Shown one piece after another: positions 12,040-23,820 of a stretch of 64,000 nt of DNA (position 1 is the stretch's first letter; each line of letters starts with the position of its first letter). The stretch comes from Octopus vulgaris (Eukaryota), in the NCBI GenBank assembly GCA_951406725.2, contig OX597817.1, forward strand, positions 114,700,001 through 114,764,000, written 5' to 3'. The notes beneath the pieces are model-generated. The model saw nothing but the letters and a program-made list of their open reading frames with translations, was not told where the DNA came from and did no database searches. Made by a program: the position numbers and the translations under genes.

Positions 12040-12343
12040 CGAGTGAGTTTGTTGCCAGTGCCGCTGGACTGACTCCTGTGCAGGTGGCACATAAAAAACA
12101 CCATTTCGAGTGTGACCATTGCCAGTACTGCCAGATTGGCCCTCATGCAGGTGGCACATAAAAGGATCCATTACACTCTCTGAGTGGTTGGTGTTAGGAA
12201 GGGCATCCAGCTGTAGAAACTCTGCCAGATCAGATTGGAGCCTGGCGCAGCCATCTCGTTCGCCAGTCCTCAGTCAAATCATCCAACCCATGCTAGCATT
12301 GAAAGTGGATGTTAAACGATGATGATGATTATGATAATAATGA

Positions 12344-12346
<3 letters not shown>
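12040..12346 (+). mobile_element. RTE LINE 3' end, 5'-truncated
   Basis: GGTGGCACATAAAA repeats, GTTAGGAAGGGCATCCAGCTGTAGAAAC, CCAACCCATGCTAGCAT..GTTAAACGATGATGAT tail, as at 4450-4608. Confidence 0.85.
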
Positions 12347-12394
<48 letters not shown>

Positions 12395-12929
12395 TTTATG
12401 TGTATAGCAATTTGGTTTTTACATCTGTTTTATCATGCTAGCTTAAGTCAGTCAAAAGTATGTTATTGAGATATAGTTTTATTCCTGCTGCTATAGTACC
12501 TGTCTATCAAATTTACTCACAAGGCATTGATTGACTTAGGCTATAGTGGAAAACTTTTGCCTGAAGTGCTGTGCAGTGGGATTGAACCAGAGACCACATA
12601 GTCGTGAAGTGAAATTCTTAACCACTTAGCCATGCATACATCTGAAAATATATTGCTACAAAGCAAACTTCTTAACTATACTGTTGTTCCTGCATGATAT
12701 ACATGTGTGTATGTATGCAGGTTTGTATCTATCTGCCTCTGTGTGTATGTATGTGTGTGAGGAAGGGAATTAACTCAGATGAGAGGCAGAATACCATCAA
12801 TACTCCCTTGGTGAGACATCTACAGAGCAACTGCTAACTAGCATTCATTGGACTGGAGATGTACTTTGATTGGATGCTGCAATCTGTGTTTTTGTAATTG
12901 CTGAGAAAACTAGGCTTGTGGGAACTATG

Positions 12930-13860
12930 CACAGAGTTAAGAATGAGATCAATGGGGAGTTTAATGTGCAGGAAGATGTCCACTCTGGCTTCTGTTCTCA
13001 GCCCCTTCTATTTATTATATTTCTTTAGTCCTTAAAAGTTGGAGTTTTAAACTAGCTTTACTTAAGGATTTCTGTATATGCTGAATCTGCTTAAGAATTA
13101 AGAAAAGAGGCTTCAGTTAGCCCCTTCTATTTATTATATGTATTTCTCTAGTCTTTAAAAGTGGAATTTAACACCAATTTTCCATAAAGATTTTTGCATG
13201 CTGAACACATGCTTAAGAATTAAAAAAAAGAAATAATGATCATGAAAAAAAAAAAGCCTTGAATCAAAACAACTCAATGGAAACCTAGCTGAAACAAAAG
13301 TTTTAGTCTGCAGGAAAAAAAGACTGTATTTTACTGCTATTTGGAAAGTAACCAAAGTTTCTAAAGGCGGCGAGCTGGCAGAAACGTTATCACCCTGGGC
13401 AAAATGCTTAGTGGTATTTTGTCTGCTGTTATGTTCTGAGTTCAAATTCCGTCAAGGTCAACTTTGCCCTTCATCCTTTTGGGGTCGATAAATTAAGTAG
13501 CAGTTACGCACTGGGGTTGATGTAATCGACTTAATCCCTTTGTCTATCCTTGCTTGTCTCCTCTGTGTTTAGCCCCTTGTGGGTAGTAAAGATATAGGTA
13601 TTTTGTCTGCTGTTATGTTCTGAGTTCAAATTCCTCTGAGGTCAACTTTGCCTTTCATCCTTTCGGGGTCGATAAATTAAGTAGCAGTTATGCACTGGGG
13701 TTAATGTAATCGACTTAATCCCTTTGTCTGTCCTTGTTTGTCCCCTCTATGTTTAGCCCTTTATGGGCAATAAAGAAATAAGAAAGTAACCAAACTTGGT
13801 GTGCAGAACTGGAGTAAGTAGAAGTTGACTGTACCTAATGTCAACAGCACATACTTCGAT
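12930..13860 (+). pseudogene. Degenerate RTE reverse-transcriptase relic, interrupted by a SINE B dimer
   Basis: Frameshifted SVLSP(L)LFII (RT QG/SP motif region, about 12990), KSLESKQLNGNLAETKVLVC (13255-13312) and the Cys-rich VCRTGVSRS..CT*CQ segment (13800-13850). Confidence 0.65.
13363..13781 (+). mobile_element. SINE family B tandem dimer with target-site duplication
   Basis: Full unit 13363-13596 plus a headless second unit 13597-13781; GAAAGTAACCAAA occurs at 13344-13356 and 13782-13794. Confidence 0.9.
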
Positions 13861-14001
13861 GGAGCAGTAGGATCTGAAGTCGGCTGATGTACTGGAATAT
13901 GGTTTGAGATAACAGTTATAAGACTTTCAATAAAAATGTTCTTGTAACTAAAACAAAGGTTGTGATTTCAAACTTCTCTGTAAAAGTTCCAGTATGGCCC
14001 T

Positions 14002-14221
14002 TTAACTATTTAGCATTCAGGTTTCTTTGTCAAAGGTATTACTTATTTATTCACATTGTTTTGAATTAATTACACATATTGTAACTTCAAAATTTCAATG
14101 GTATGTTTTTATATTTTTGTGAACAACATTATATGTAGGTGTAAGAGATATGGTCAACTTTAACCTAAAACAGATAGAATATTTGGACCAGATATGGTTA
14201 GATTAAATGCTAAAGGTTTAA
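14002..14221 (-). mobile_element. piggyBac-type MITE
   Basis: TTAA..TTTAGCATTCAG at left and AATGCTAAAGGT-TTAA at right; reverse copy of 2329-2538. Confidence 0.75.
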
Positions 14222-14984
14222 AGAAGGCACATAGCTACTTTACCTGCATTTATTCTTCTTAACTTAGAAATAAATGCCTCTGCTATTTTATACTTTAGTA
14301 ATAACTAGTTTAAGTAATTTCATTTTTGGATTTGGTTTGCAAGATTCTTTATATGAGTTCGTGTGTTGAAGCATGTTGTGTCTGGGGAGAGTCATTTTCT
14401 TTTAGTGCCTTATAATATAAAACACTCACCGGTAAAATTTCCACTTATTTCTAATTTTTATTTTCCTAAAATTTTCGTTGCATCTTGCAACCTTTTCAAT
14501 AGTCTTGACTGACTGGTACTTAATTTATTGACCCTGAAAGGATGAAAGGCAAAGTTGACCTCAGTTTAAGTAATAGAATATGCAAATTAGGATTTGATTG
14601 CAATGTAATAATTTTTGATATTATTGTCCACTAAGCTTTTGTGGATTATCAAGAAATCATGCAGCCAGTATTTATCTATGTTTCCAGCTGTTAAATGGAT
14701 GAGGGATAAGCATATAAAAGAACCTCTACATCAGTGGTTTTCAACTGGGGTGTCACAACACTCTATATCGTCAAATCACAGTAGTTAGGCATACTGAGAG
14801 GTTTCCTCTGGAGCTTATAATTTTCTTTATTACAGTAAATCAAAGTGCTGTTGATTGAAGAAAAATAACCGAGTTGAAACAATAAAGTAATTAATCAATC
14901 AGTTAATCAGTTGCTCTTGCCTATTATAAACAGTTTCTCTGAATTACAAATGCAGTGATAACAGAGCACTCTCCTTCAATCATC

Positions 14985-15452
14985 ATTCATCATCATCATT
15001 GTCACCACCACCATCATCACCATCTTCATTTTGTTTCAGTTTCTTTCATGCTTGCAAGAGTTGGACAGGTGTCATCATCATCATCATTGTCGTCGTCGTC
15101 GTCGTCGTCGTCCTCGTCCTCGTCCTCCTCGTCCTCCTCCTCCTCCTCCTCCTCATCATCATCATCATCGTTATCATCTTCCTTTTATATCAGTTTCTTT
15201 CATGCTTGCAAGAGTTGGACAGGTGTCATCATCATCATCATTGTCATCGTTGTCATCCTCTTCCTCCTCCTCCTCCTCCTCTTCATCATCATCATCTTCA
15301 TTTTATATCAGTTTCTTTCATGCTTGCAAGAGTTGGACAGGTGTCGTCATCGTTGCCGTCCTCTTCCTCCTCCTCCTCCTCATCATCATCATCGTTATCA
15401 TCTTCATTTTATATCAGTTTCTTTCATGCTTGCAAGAGTTGGACAGGTGTCA
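14985..15452. repeat. Compound tandem repeat, four units of about 107-154 bp
   Basis: Constant block of about 50 bp, CATCTTCATTTTATATCAGTTTCTTTCATGCTTGCAAGAGTTGGACAGGTGTC (reverse of a decayed RTE tail), alternating with variable (TCA)/(TCG)/(TCC) tracts. Confidence 0.9.
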
Positions 15453-15721
15453 TCTGCTACTTAGCTACATGCCACTTGCTGTGGCCTGCCAATGATGTGA
15501 AAATTTAATAGCAGCATTTGAACTCGAAACATGAAGAACTCTAACAAATGTCCCTAGGCATTTTGTCTGTTGTAATAATTCTGCCAATTCCATATTTTTA
15601 ACATTTGCACAGGACCACTAATCTGTAAGAAGACAACCCCCTCCCATCCCACCAGTGTTTATTTTATGGACCACCAAAGAGCATCAAAAGCAGAATTGGT
15701 TTGGACAGGGTTTGAGCTCAG

Positions 15722-15917
15722 AAGGCCTGAAATTTTGGGGGAGGGGGCCAGTTGATTGGATCAACCCCAGTATGCAACTGGTACTTAATTATATTGACCC
15801 TGAAAGGATGAAAGGCAAAGTTAACCTCAGCTGAATTTGAACACAGAATGTAAAGACATGAAATACCACTAAGCATTTCGCCTGGCATGCTAACGTTTCT
15901 GCCAGCTCACCACCTTA
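15722..15917 (-). mobile_element. SINE family B
   Basis: CTGGTACTTAAT..GACCCTGAAAGGATGAAAGGCAAAG..GAATTTGAAC..GCCAGCTCACCACCTT. Confidence 0.85.
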
Positions 15918-17074
15918 ATGTTGTATAATAACAAGTTGGTAATGGTAGAACTGTAGTGAAGAATGGAGTTCTTGGAAACATCAACATGTCTCTGTTATCT
16001 GATCTGAGTTACTTTTGTTGCCAGGTAACTATATGGCAGCTATATAAAACCCAAATACTGTATAATTAGCGGAAGAACTCAGTATGCAGAGATGTATTTA
16101 ATCTTTGAAAAAAAAATTTTTTTTTAATATTTATATATTTAAACCATGTTTACTTTTGTTGTGGCATAATATTTAGACTATAATCCTGAGTGTTTTCAGC
16201 AAGTATGCAGCCATATACACATACTCTCTCTCTCTCTCACACACACGCCCACAAACATGCATGTGCATGAGTTCATATATATATGTGTGTGGTGTGTGTA
16301 TGTATATATTATATCTATGTATACATGTATTTTAATCATATAAATATGTTTTAAGCATTAAGGATACTGTCACATACTGACGCATATATGGCAACTGTCT
16401 TTATTGGAATCTTGTATATGTCACTAGCAAGCATTAATAACAACGACAACCTTTGCTCAAAAGACTATCTCTTACAGATCACTGACTGCTGTCATTTGTA
16501 ATCAATGAAACATTTACATAATATGTTTGCTCTTGAACTGCTTTCTAGCAGAAATTTATTTCTTTATCAAGACATTGTTCTCATGTGGCTAAAATTCCAA
16601 GCGTTCGCATTCTACATATTTAGTCCTTTATCTACTCTGAAATAAATCAAAATGCTGTTTTGTATTAACATGATTTATTACAGATATTAGAAATCAGTCT
16701 TGTAAGGACCCAAGAGAAGAACTCTCATGTCTGGCTAATCGAAAATTAACAAAAAAAAAAAAAAGAGGAAAAAAAATGTAATATTAACTTTATTGCAACT
16801 TTACAACATAATAGTTTGTGCACTAATCTTTTTGCAGTCCATCTTTGTATCCTGTAAAGAGACAGGAAGCTTAACACACATCTCAAAATAGTATAAAAAA
16901 ATAAATCCAATATCAGTTCAGTTCACTTCATTTTAATTTGTAGTCTTTGTATAGAAATACATATTTGTATTGAAGCACATACAAATTGGTGACCTTATGA
17001 TGCCAGTGTTATATTAGTATTTAATGGTTTGCTGCAGTACTAACTGCTGAAGCATGTCAAATAATCCATTCTGT

Positions 17075-17296
17075 TATAGGTACAAGAACTGAAATTTTGT
17101 GTGCATGTATGTGGAATGGTGGTGGTTAGTCTCTTATATCAACCCCAGTATTTGATTGGTACTTGTTTCAGCGACCTCAGAAAGATAAAAGGCAAAGTTG
17201 ACCATGATGGAATTTGATCTCAGAATGTAAAGATGGACGAAATGTTGCTGAGCATTGCATCCAGCATGCTAATGATTCTGCCAATTTGCCACCTTA
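17075..17296 (-). mobile_element. SINE family B
   Basis: Same reverse-strand motifs (AAAGGCAAAGTTGACC..GGAATTTGATCTCAGAATG..GCCACCTTAA). Confidence 0.8.
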
Positions 17297-17351
17297 ATGC
17301 TTGTGAAATAATAAGCATAGTGTATAATAATATAGATGGATTAACATTAAT

Positions 17352-17642
17352 CATCATCATCATTGTTTAACGTCCGCTTTCCATGCTAGCATGGGTTGGA
17401 CGATTTGACTGAGTTCTGGCGAACCAGATGGCTGCATCAGACTCCAATCTGATCTGGCAGAGTTTCTACAGCTGGATGCCCTTCTTAACGCCAACCACTC
17501 CGAGAGTGTAGTGGGTGGTTTTATGTGCCACCAGCACGAGGGCCGGTCAGGTGGTACTTGTAACGGTTATGCTCAAATGGTCCCTTTTATGGGCCACCTG
17601 CACAGGAGCCAGTCCAGTGGCACTGGCAATGATCTCGCTCGA
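17352..17642 (-). mobile_element. RTE LINE 3' end
   Basis: (ATC)n then GTTTAACGTCCGCTTTCCATGCTAGCATGGGTTGG..GTTTCTACAGCTGGATGCCCTT; reverse of 12040-12346. Confidence 0.85.
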
Positions 17643-17879
17643 ATTACAATAATTTACTAAAAAGAAGTAATCAATATAGAAACATGAATGGAGAAATGTG
17701 AAATGAATTGTCTTATTCAAGGATACAGCATGTCATCGTATCCAGAAATTGAACATGATCTTGTGATCATGGGCCAAATTCTTATAGAGATAATATCACA
17801 CTGAAAAGCTTATAATTTTTTGTTGTTGCTATCTGAATTAAAACTCTGGTAAATCTCCTCTGTCAATAGGGGTCATAAC

Positions 17880-18150
17880 AGTGACTAATCCTTTGAAGAG
17901 TTTAGTCAAACAAACTGACCTCAGTACTTATTTTTTAAGTCTGGTCCATCAGCCACTTTTGCTGAACTGCTAAGTTACAGGGATGTAAACAAAGCAACAC
18001 CGGCTGTCAAGTGGTGGTGGGGGACAGATACATGCACACACATACACATGCACACAACAGGCTTCTTTTAGTTTCTGTTTACCAGATCCACTCCCATGGC
18101 TTTGGCCAGCCTGCAGCTACAGTAAAATACACTTGCTCTTGGTGTTACAC
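17880..18150 (-). mobile_element. SINE family A, partial
   Basis: CAGTACTTA..GCTGAACTGCTAAGTTACAGGGATGTAAAC..GGCTTCTTTTAGTTTCTGTTTACCAGATCCACTC. Confidence 0.75.
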
Positions 18151-18349
18151 ATATATATGTAAGTTATCTACACTTGCAGCAATTGAGCAACACTTTACAA
18201 TGTGTACTTAAGGTGTACTAGTTAGAAACCTATCTATTGCTTCACAATGTTGTTAAATAAAAAGAGTCAGATGAAAGCCTGAATAGTAAGCAACAAAGAC
18301 TCACTTCCTTGCACTGTTTTCTCTGTTCAAGTCTCATTTTTGTTGACTT

Positions 18350-19172
18350 TGCTCTGTGGTATGAAGCTTGCTTCCCAACCACATGACTCAGGGTTCAGTC
18401 CCACCGTATGGTACCTTGGACAAGTGTCTTCTATAGCCTTGGACTGACCACAGTCTTGTGAGTGGATTTAGTAGATGGAAATTGAAAGAAGCCTATCGTG
18501 TGTGTGTGTGTATGTATATGTGTGTGTGTGTGTGTATATATATATGTCTGTGTGTGTGTATATATATATGTATAGAAATTAAATATAAATTATAAATTAC
18601 AAAGTGGGACAAGAACGCAGAAACACACAAAGAGACGACACAAAAAAATAGATGGGTCACTCGAAGCCTCTAATCTTCAGTCGGGAACCAGATCATCTTA
18701 GCAATTTCAGCTGTTTAATCTCGATATTGCTCCGACCCGGCCAGCCCCAAAGAAAAACTAAACCACGGGCATAAGATTTCTTGGAAAGAGGATCGAATGT
18801 ATACGAAACAAGGACAGGATGCCACATGAATATAAATACAAGAAACAAAAAATAGAAATAAAAAACAAGAATAGTAAACAGGACAAAAACAGCGGGTGTC
18901 TTCCGACTTCAGACAATTTTTAACTTATCTTGGCTGGCGTATGTCTGTGTGTGTATTTTTGTGTATGTGTATCTATCTCCACCACCACTCGACAACTGGT
19001 GTTGGTTTCTTTATCTCCATAATTTATCAGTTCAGCAAAAGAGACCATAATATAAATAAGCACTAGGATTAACAAAAAAAAAGTACTGGGATGAATTCAT
19101 TTCACTAAAATTTCTTCAAGGCAGTGCCCCAGCATAGCCGCAGTCTACTGACTGAAACAAGTAATCGATAAA
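18350..19172 (+). mobile_element. SINE family A with an unrelated element inserted in its internal microsatellite
   Basis: 5' half 18350-18497, (TG/TA)n, foreign CpG-rich block about 18575-18940, then 3' half 18975-19172. Confidence 0.8.
18575..18940 (-). mobile_element. Unclassified microsatellite-embedded repeat
   Basis: Minus strand GATGATCTGGTTCCCGACTGAAGATTAGAGGCTTCGAGTG..GCGTTCTTGTCCCACTTTGTAA matches 61985-62098 (+) GATGATCCGGTTCTTGACTGAAGACTGAGGGCTTCGAATG..GCGTTCTTGTCTCAGTTTGTA. Confidence 0.65.
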
Positions 19173-19180
19173 AATAATTA

Positions 19181-19562
19181 AGGTGGCTGTGTGGTAAGTA
19201 GCTTGCTTACCAACCACATGGTCCCGGGTTCAGTCCCACTGCGTGGCACCTTGGGCAAGTGTCTTCTACTATAACCTTGGGCCGACCAAAGCCTTGTGAG
19301 TGGATTTGGTAGATGGAAACTGGAAAAGCCTGTCGTATCTATGTATATATATATGTATATGTGTGTATATGTTCGTCTCCCCAGCATCACTTGACAACTG
19401 ATGCTGGTGTGTTTACATCCCCGTAACTTAGCAGTTTGGCAAAAGAGAACAATAGAATAAGTACTAGGCTTACAAAGAATAAGCGCTGGGGTCGATTTGC
19501 TCGACTATAAAGGTGGTGCTCCAGCATGGCCGCAGTCAAATGACTGAAACAAGTAAAAGAGT
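19181..19562 (+). mobile_element. SINE family A, near full length
   Basis: A-box-like GTGGCTGTGTGGTAAG, B-box-like GGGTTCAGTCCC, CORE-like GGCACCTTGGGCAAGTG, internal (TA)n, tail GACTGAAACAAGTAAAAGAG. Confidence 0.9.
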
Positions 19563-19994
19563 AGTAATGAGTGTAAGGTCAAATCAATTGATTATGTTAC
19601 TTTTTATTATGTAGATGAATAGATGCAGTTATGGCTAAGTGGTTAAGAAGTTTGTTCCTAAAACACAGGATTTCTGGTTCAGTCCCACAGCACAGCATCT
19701 TGAGCATGAGACTTCTAACATAGCTATGTGCTGGCAGATGAAAAACTGCATGTAAGTCAGCCACTAGTGTGTATGTATGTGTGTGTGTGTGAATATGTAT
19801 ATACATTTATATATATATATATGTGTATATTTATATGTACTAGCTGGACCTGTGAGAACTTCACAGAAAACATAAAAAATGTAAGCATCTGTAAATTGTG
19901 TGCTGGTGCCATGAGAAATGTTTCTATATTGTGACAGTTGCAGTAATATCCAATATTGGCTGAGGACCCAGTATATAGAATATGGTAATTAATT

Positions 19995-21570
19995 ATATTG
20001 TAGGAAAGTGAAAGTAACATCCAATATTTGCTGTGGTTATGTATCTGTTGGCTAAAAAAATACTGATAAACATTCTAAAATGCAAAACAAACGCCACCTT
20101 CCTTTCAGTCACCACTCACTTTCTGTCTCACTCCCTCTCTGTCCCTCCTCTCTCCCACTTTACCGCTCACTTCAAGTATACCTCCTCTGCTTAACACCTT
20201 TTATTTTTATTTTTCTGTTTACCTCTCCCTTCACTAGTATAGAAAAGCAACAGCAACATCCACAAATATTTGCTGAGAAAGAGACAGATTTATGGAGAGA
20301 GAGAGGGAGAGAGACAGAGAGAGAGTGTATGTATGAGAGAGAGAGAGAGGGGCAGACAGAATAACTGTCAGACAGACAGACAAACATAGAGATAGATGGA
20401 TGGCTAGATAGATAGATAGATAGGTAAATAGGCTGCTGTTAGGACTGAATTAACACCCACAGTGACCCTAATGACTAAAAAGATTTTCTTGCCCCTGTAT
20501 TGGATCTTTTTTCATTTTCTTCCAGCCACTTGAAGATTCATCTTGCTCCAGTCAACTCATTTGGTCAAATTGAGTTGTAGCTGTAATGCAAAGGGGCCAG
20601 CCTTGTCACATTCTGTGAGAGGCTGAATCTCCCTGAGAACTACGTTAATGGTATGCATGTCTGTGGAGTACTCAGCCACTTGCGAGTTAATTTTATCCTG
20701 GTATGGTAATGAAAAGTGAAAGTGACATCCAATATCTGCTGGATATTTGTTTTTGATTTTCCATTGTGTCTATGTATCAACTTTTCTTTGGATCTATGTA
20801 TCTACTTTTCTTTTGATGTATGTATCAGTCTACTCTGAAAATACTGATAAACATTTTTCTTCCTTTCAATCACCACTCACTCACTCACTCACTCTCTCTC
20901 TCTTACTCTTTCTCTTTCTCTCCCTCTCTGTCCCTCCTCTCTCTCTCTCTCATTATGCCATTCACTTCAACTATACCTCCTTCATTTCTCTTTTTCTTTA
21001 TACCTCTCCCTTCAGCTGTAGAAAAGTAACAGTGACATCCACAGCTATTTGCCGAGAGAAAGACAGACAGACAGAGGGAGAGAGAGAGTGTCTGTGTTAG
21101 AGAGAGGGGCAGACAGAATAACTGTCAGCTGGATAAATAGATAGGCAACATTTCTTTTTGCAATTTCCATGTTTTCAAAAGCTTTATCATATACTGTGGA
21201 AAAGTTTTCCAGCGTTTTCTGTATGAGAATGGTTCCATTCTCTTTCCCTATTATTCTCTATCCACTCCCTTCTTTCACCCAGTCTATCTCTCTAAATCTC
21301 TCTCTTTTCCCCTCCTTCCCCTCTCCTTCCTCTATGTCTCCTTGCCTCTAACTGTCCTGTGTTATATTTCTCTTACTTCTCAACACTATCAATCTCTTCT
21401 CCATCCTCTCTCTCTCACTCCCTCTTACTTCTTCCTCTTTGCCGCTTTGCCTCTCACTTCAACTATACATCTGTTTTGCTTCTCACATCAACTATACCTC
21501 CTCTGCTTAACACCTTTATTTCTGTTTTTCTGTGTACCTCTGCCTTCAACCTTTTTACCTCTTCTTTTGA
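19995..21570 (+). repeat. Diverged local tandem duplication
   Basis: About 20000-20400 recurs at about 20710-21145 (shared AAAGTGAAAGT(A/G)ACATCCAATAT, AAATACTGATAAACATT, GAGAGAGGGGCAGACAGAATAACTGTCAG); partial third copy at about 21430-21570. Confidence 0.8.
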
Positions 21571-21665
21571 AGTAAGTGTGACACATACCACAGGCATGTA
21601 CAAAAACCAAAAAACCTCAAGTATTAATATTATTGATATTTATGTGTCTGTCTTCTGACTGTCTG

Positions 21666-21724
<59 letters not shown>

Positions 21725-22088
21725 GTCTGTCTGTCTGTCTGTCTGTCTGTTTATCTATCTATCTATATAGCCATCCATCCATCTATCCATCCATCCATCC
21801 ATCCATCCATACATACATACATACATACATACATTGCTTTCTGTTGTATGAATGAGAAATGAGAAAGAAGTAGTCAATAAGTCTTGAAGTCAATATGGCT
21901 TCTTTATCAGCTTTAGTAAAACAAGAGCTGTGTAATAATCATAAGCTGGATTTACTATATATTCATATGACTGATCACTAGTTGCATACCCATGACTATT
22001 TGCATTTATCATCTGCAAATTATGATTACGTAAATAAATAGATAAATAGATGATTTTCTGTATGTGTGCTTGTGCACACATGCACGTG

Positions 22089-22138
<50 letters not shown>

Positions 22139-22139
22139 C

Positions 22140-22290
22140 CATGTAACTTAGCAGTTTAGCAAAAGAGACTGAAAAATAAGCAGCAGGCTCAAAAAATAAG
22201 TACTGGAGTTGGTTTATTTGACTAAGGTTCTCCAAGGTGGTGCCCCAGCATGGCCACAGCCTAATCACTGAAACAAGTATAAGATTAAAG
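22140..22290 (+). mobile_element. SINE family A, 3' half
   Basis: GTAACTTAGCAG..GCAAAAGAGAC..GGTGGTGCCCCAGCATGGCCACAG..CTGAAACAAG after (TG)n. Confidence 0.8.
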
Positions 22291-23477
22291 ATTAAAGAAA
22301 GATATGCCATTTCTGATTCCAATCCTTTTAGTCACCTCTTACAACATGCAAGGACATGATGTTCCTATGCTAAAAACTAGAGTATGGATGATGTTTTTCT
22401 TTTATCTTTAATCCAAAAGGGTAAGGTACTGCCCATGACCCTTTACAGAGCCTCTGAGACATTTGGGAAAGAGTGAGAAAGATCCATTCAATGCTTGCAC
22501 TAGAGTGGATTCTACCAATGTCATTCAATGTACCAGGTAATGTTATTGAAGAAATGACCCCTAAAAGTATAGAAAGATAACAGTGTTTGGAAGGTAAAAG
22601 TGGAGGGTGAAATATTGTATCTAAATAAATCAGGGCAAATTAAGTTAAGAGAAGTTAAAAGTACTTATGAACAAGACAAGGTGAATAAGTATAAATTGAA
22701 GGAATGAAAGCATTCAAAAGGGGTGAGATTTTAATAAACCTCCCAAACTTGAGATAAAAACCACAAAGACTTGTTGCCTGAGATACACTAGTACATGAGT
22801 CACAAGAAAAAGAAAAAGAAGATAGAATTAGGGAGGGAAAGTGATTGAGAAGCTGAGTTGACCTTCTGTAGCACTTGACTGTTTCTTTATTTATTAAGCC
22901 CAAAATGATAAATGGTAATGTTCACTTCAGTAGGATTTGAACTTGGAATGCAAAGGGTCAGAACAGTTACCACAAAATATTCGTCTCTTGCACTAACAAT
23001 TCTGCCAATCCACTTCTTTATCTATCCAACTGCTACTCATTTCAAATGAAATGTATGTGTAAAATTTATAAAAAATTTTTTGGGTGAATTTTCTAAAGCA
23101 TGTTAACAATTTAACTAAACTTTTCTCGAGTAAACTAATTCATAATGCTACAGTATCTCCATCACTAATTTGAGTGTAACCCATGCACTTTAATGTTTAA
23201 AGTATTAAAATGTCCCTGGATTATTTTAAGTAAATTCTTAGACTGGTTTCGTCTCGGACTGCATCTGTAGTGGAGCATAGTATTAAAAGATTTTGTTTTG
23301 ATTCTATTTATACAAGTGCTTATTTTAGTGTCTTTTATTTTGAAGATGTGTATTTATTGAAAAGCTAAATTAACTTCTGATGTAACACTGATGAAATTTG
23401 ATTCATTGATTTCCACTGTCATATGTAATCATAGATGCATAACTGCTCAACACAATATACATATATACACACATATA

Positions 23478-23558
<81 letters not shown>

Positions 23559-23649
23559 AAGTGTGTATGTGTGTTTGTATATGAAAATAAATAACAGTTT
23601 TGCTTAGACTTGATATTGGCCAATAATAAGTTGTTAGAACTCAATATAC

Positions 23650-23820
23650 TTCTAATGCATGGTATTATTATCACAAGAAAAGGTGACAGCCCAGCTGGTT
23701 GCCTGTGGATCTCACCAGTCACTTTCTTTTATCCAAAGCCATCTAGATAATTTCTGAGGTGCTTCTATTTTGTAATAGCTCCTCTAGACATTCCTGCAAT
23801 ATCTAGGATTCTGTTGGCCT
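23650..23820 (-). pseudogene. HERO-type non-LTR retrotransposon C-terminal relic
   Basis: Minus strand reads LDIAGMSRGAITK then, after a frameshift, EAPQKLSRWLWIKESDW, resembling the HERO end motif EAAEKASRWLWIKR. Confidence 0.5.

Noticed and set aside
14955-15508. Three overlapping ORFs of 154-169 aa; CRISPR-like repeat-spacer look
   Set aside because: Spacers are trinucleotide microsatellites, and the open frames result from stop-poor low-complexity sequence.
19181-19250. tRNA genes at SINE heads
   Set aside because: Only A/B-box remnants are present; they run into SINE bodies and do not form complete cloverleaves.
23385-23415. CTGATGA at about 23388 (also about 32931 and 36822)
   Set aside because: No downstream GAAA with paired stems; the latter two lie inside RTE and mariner sequence.
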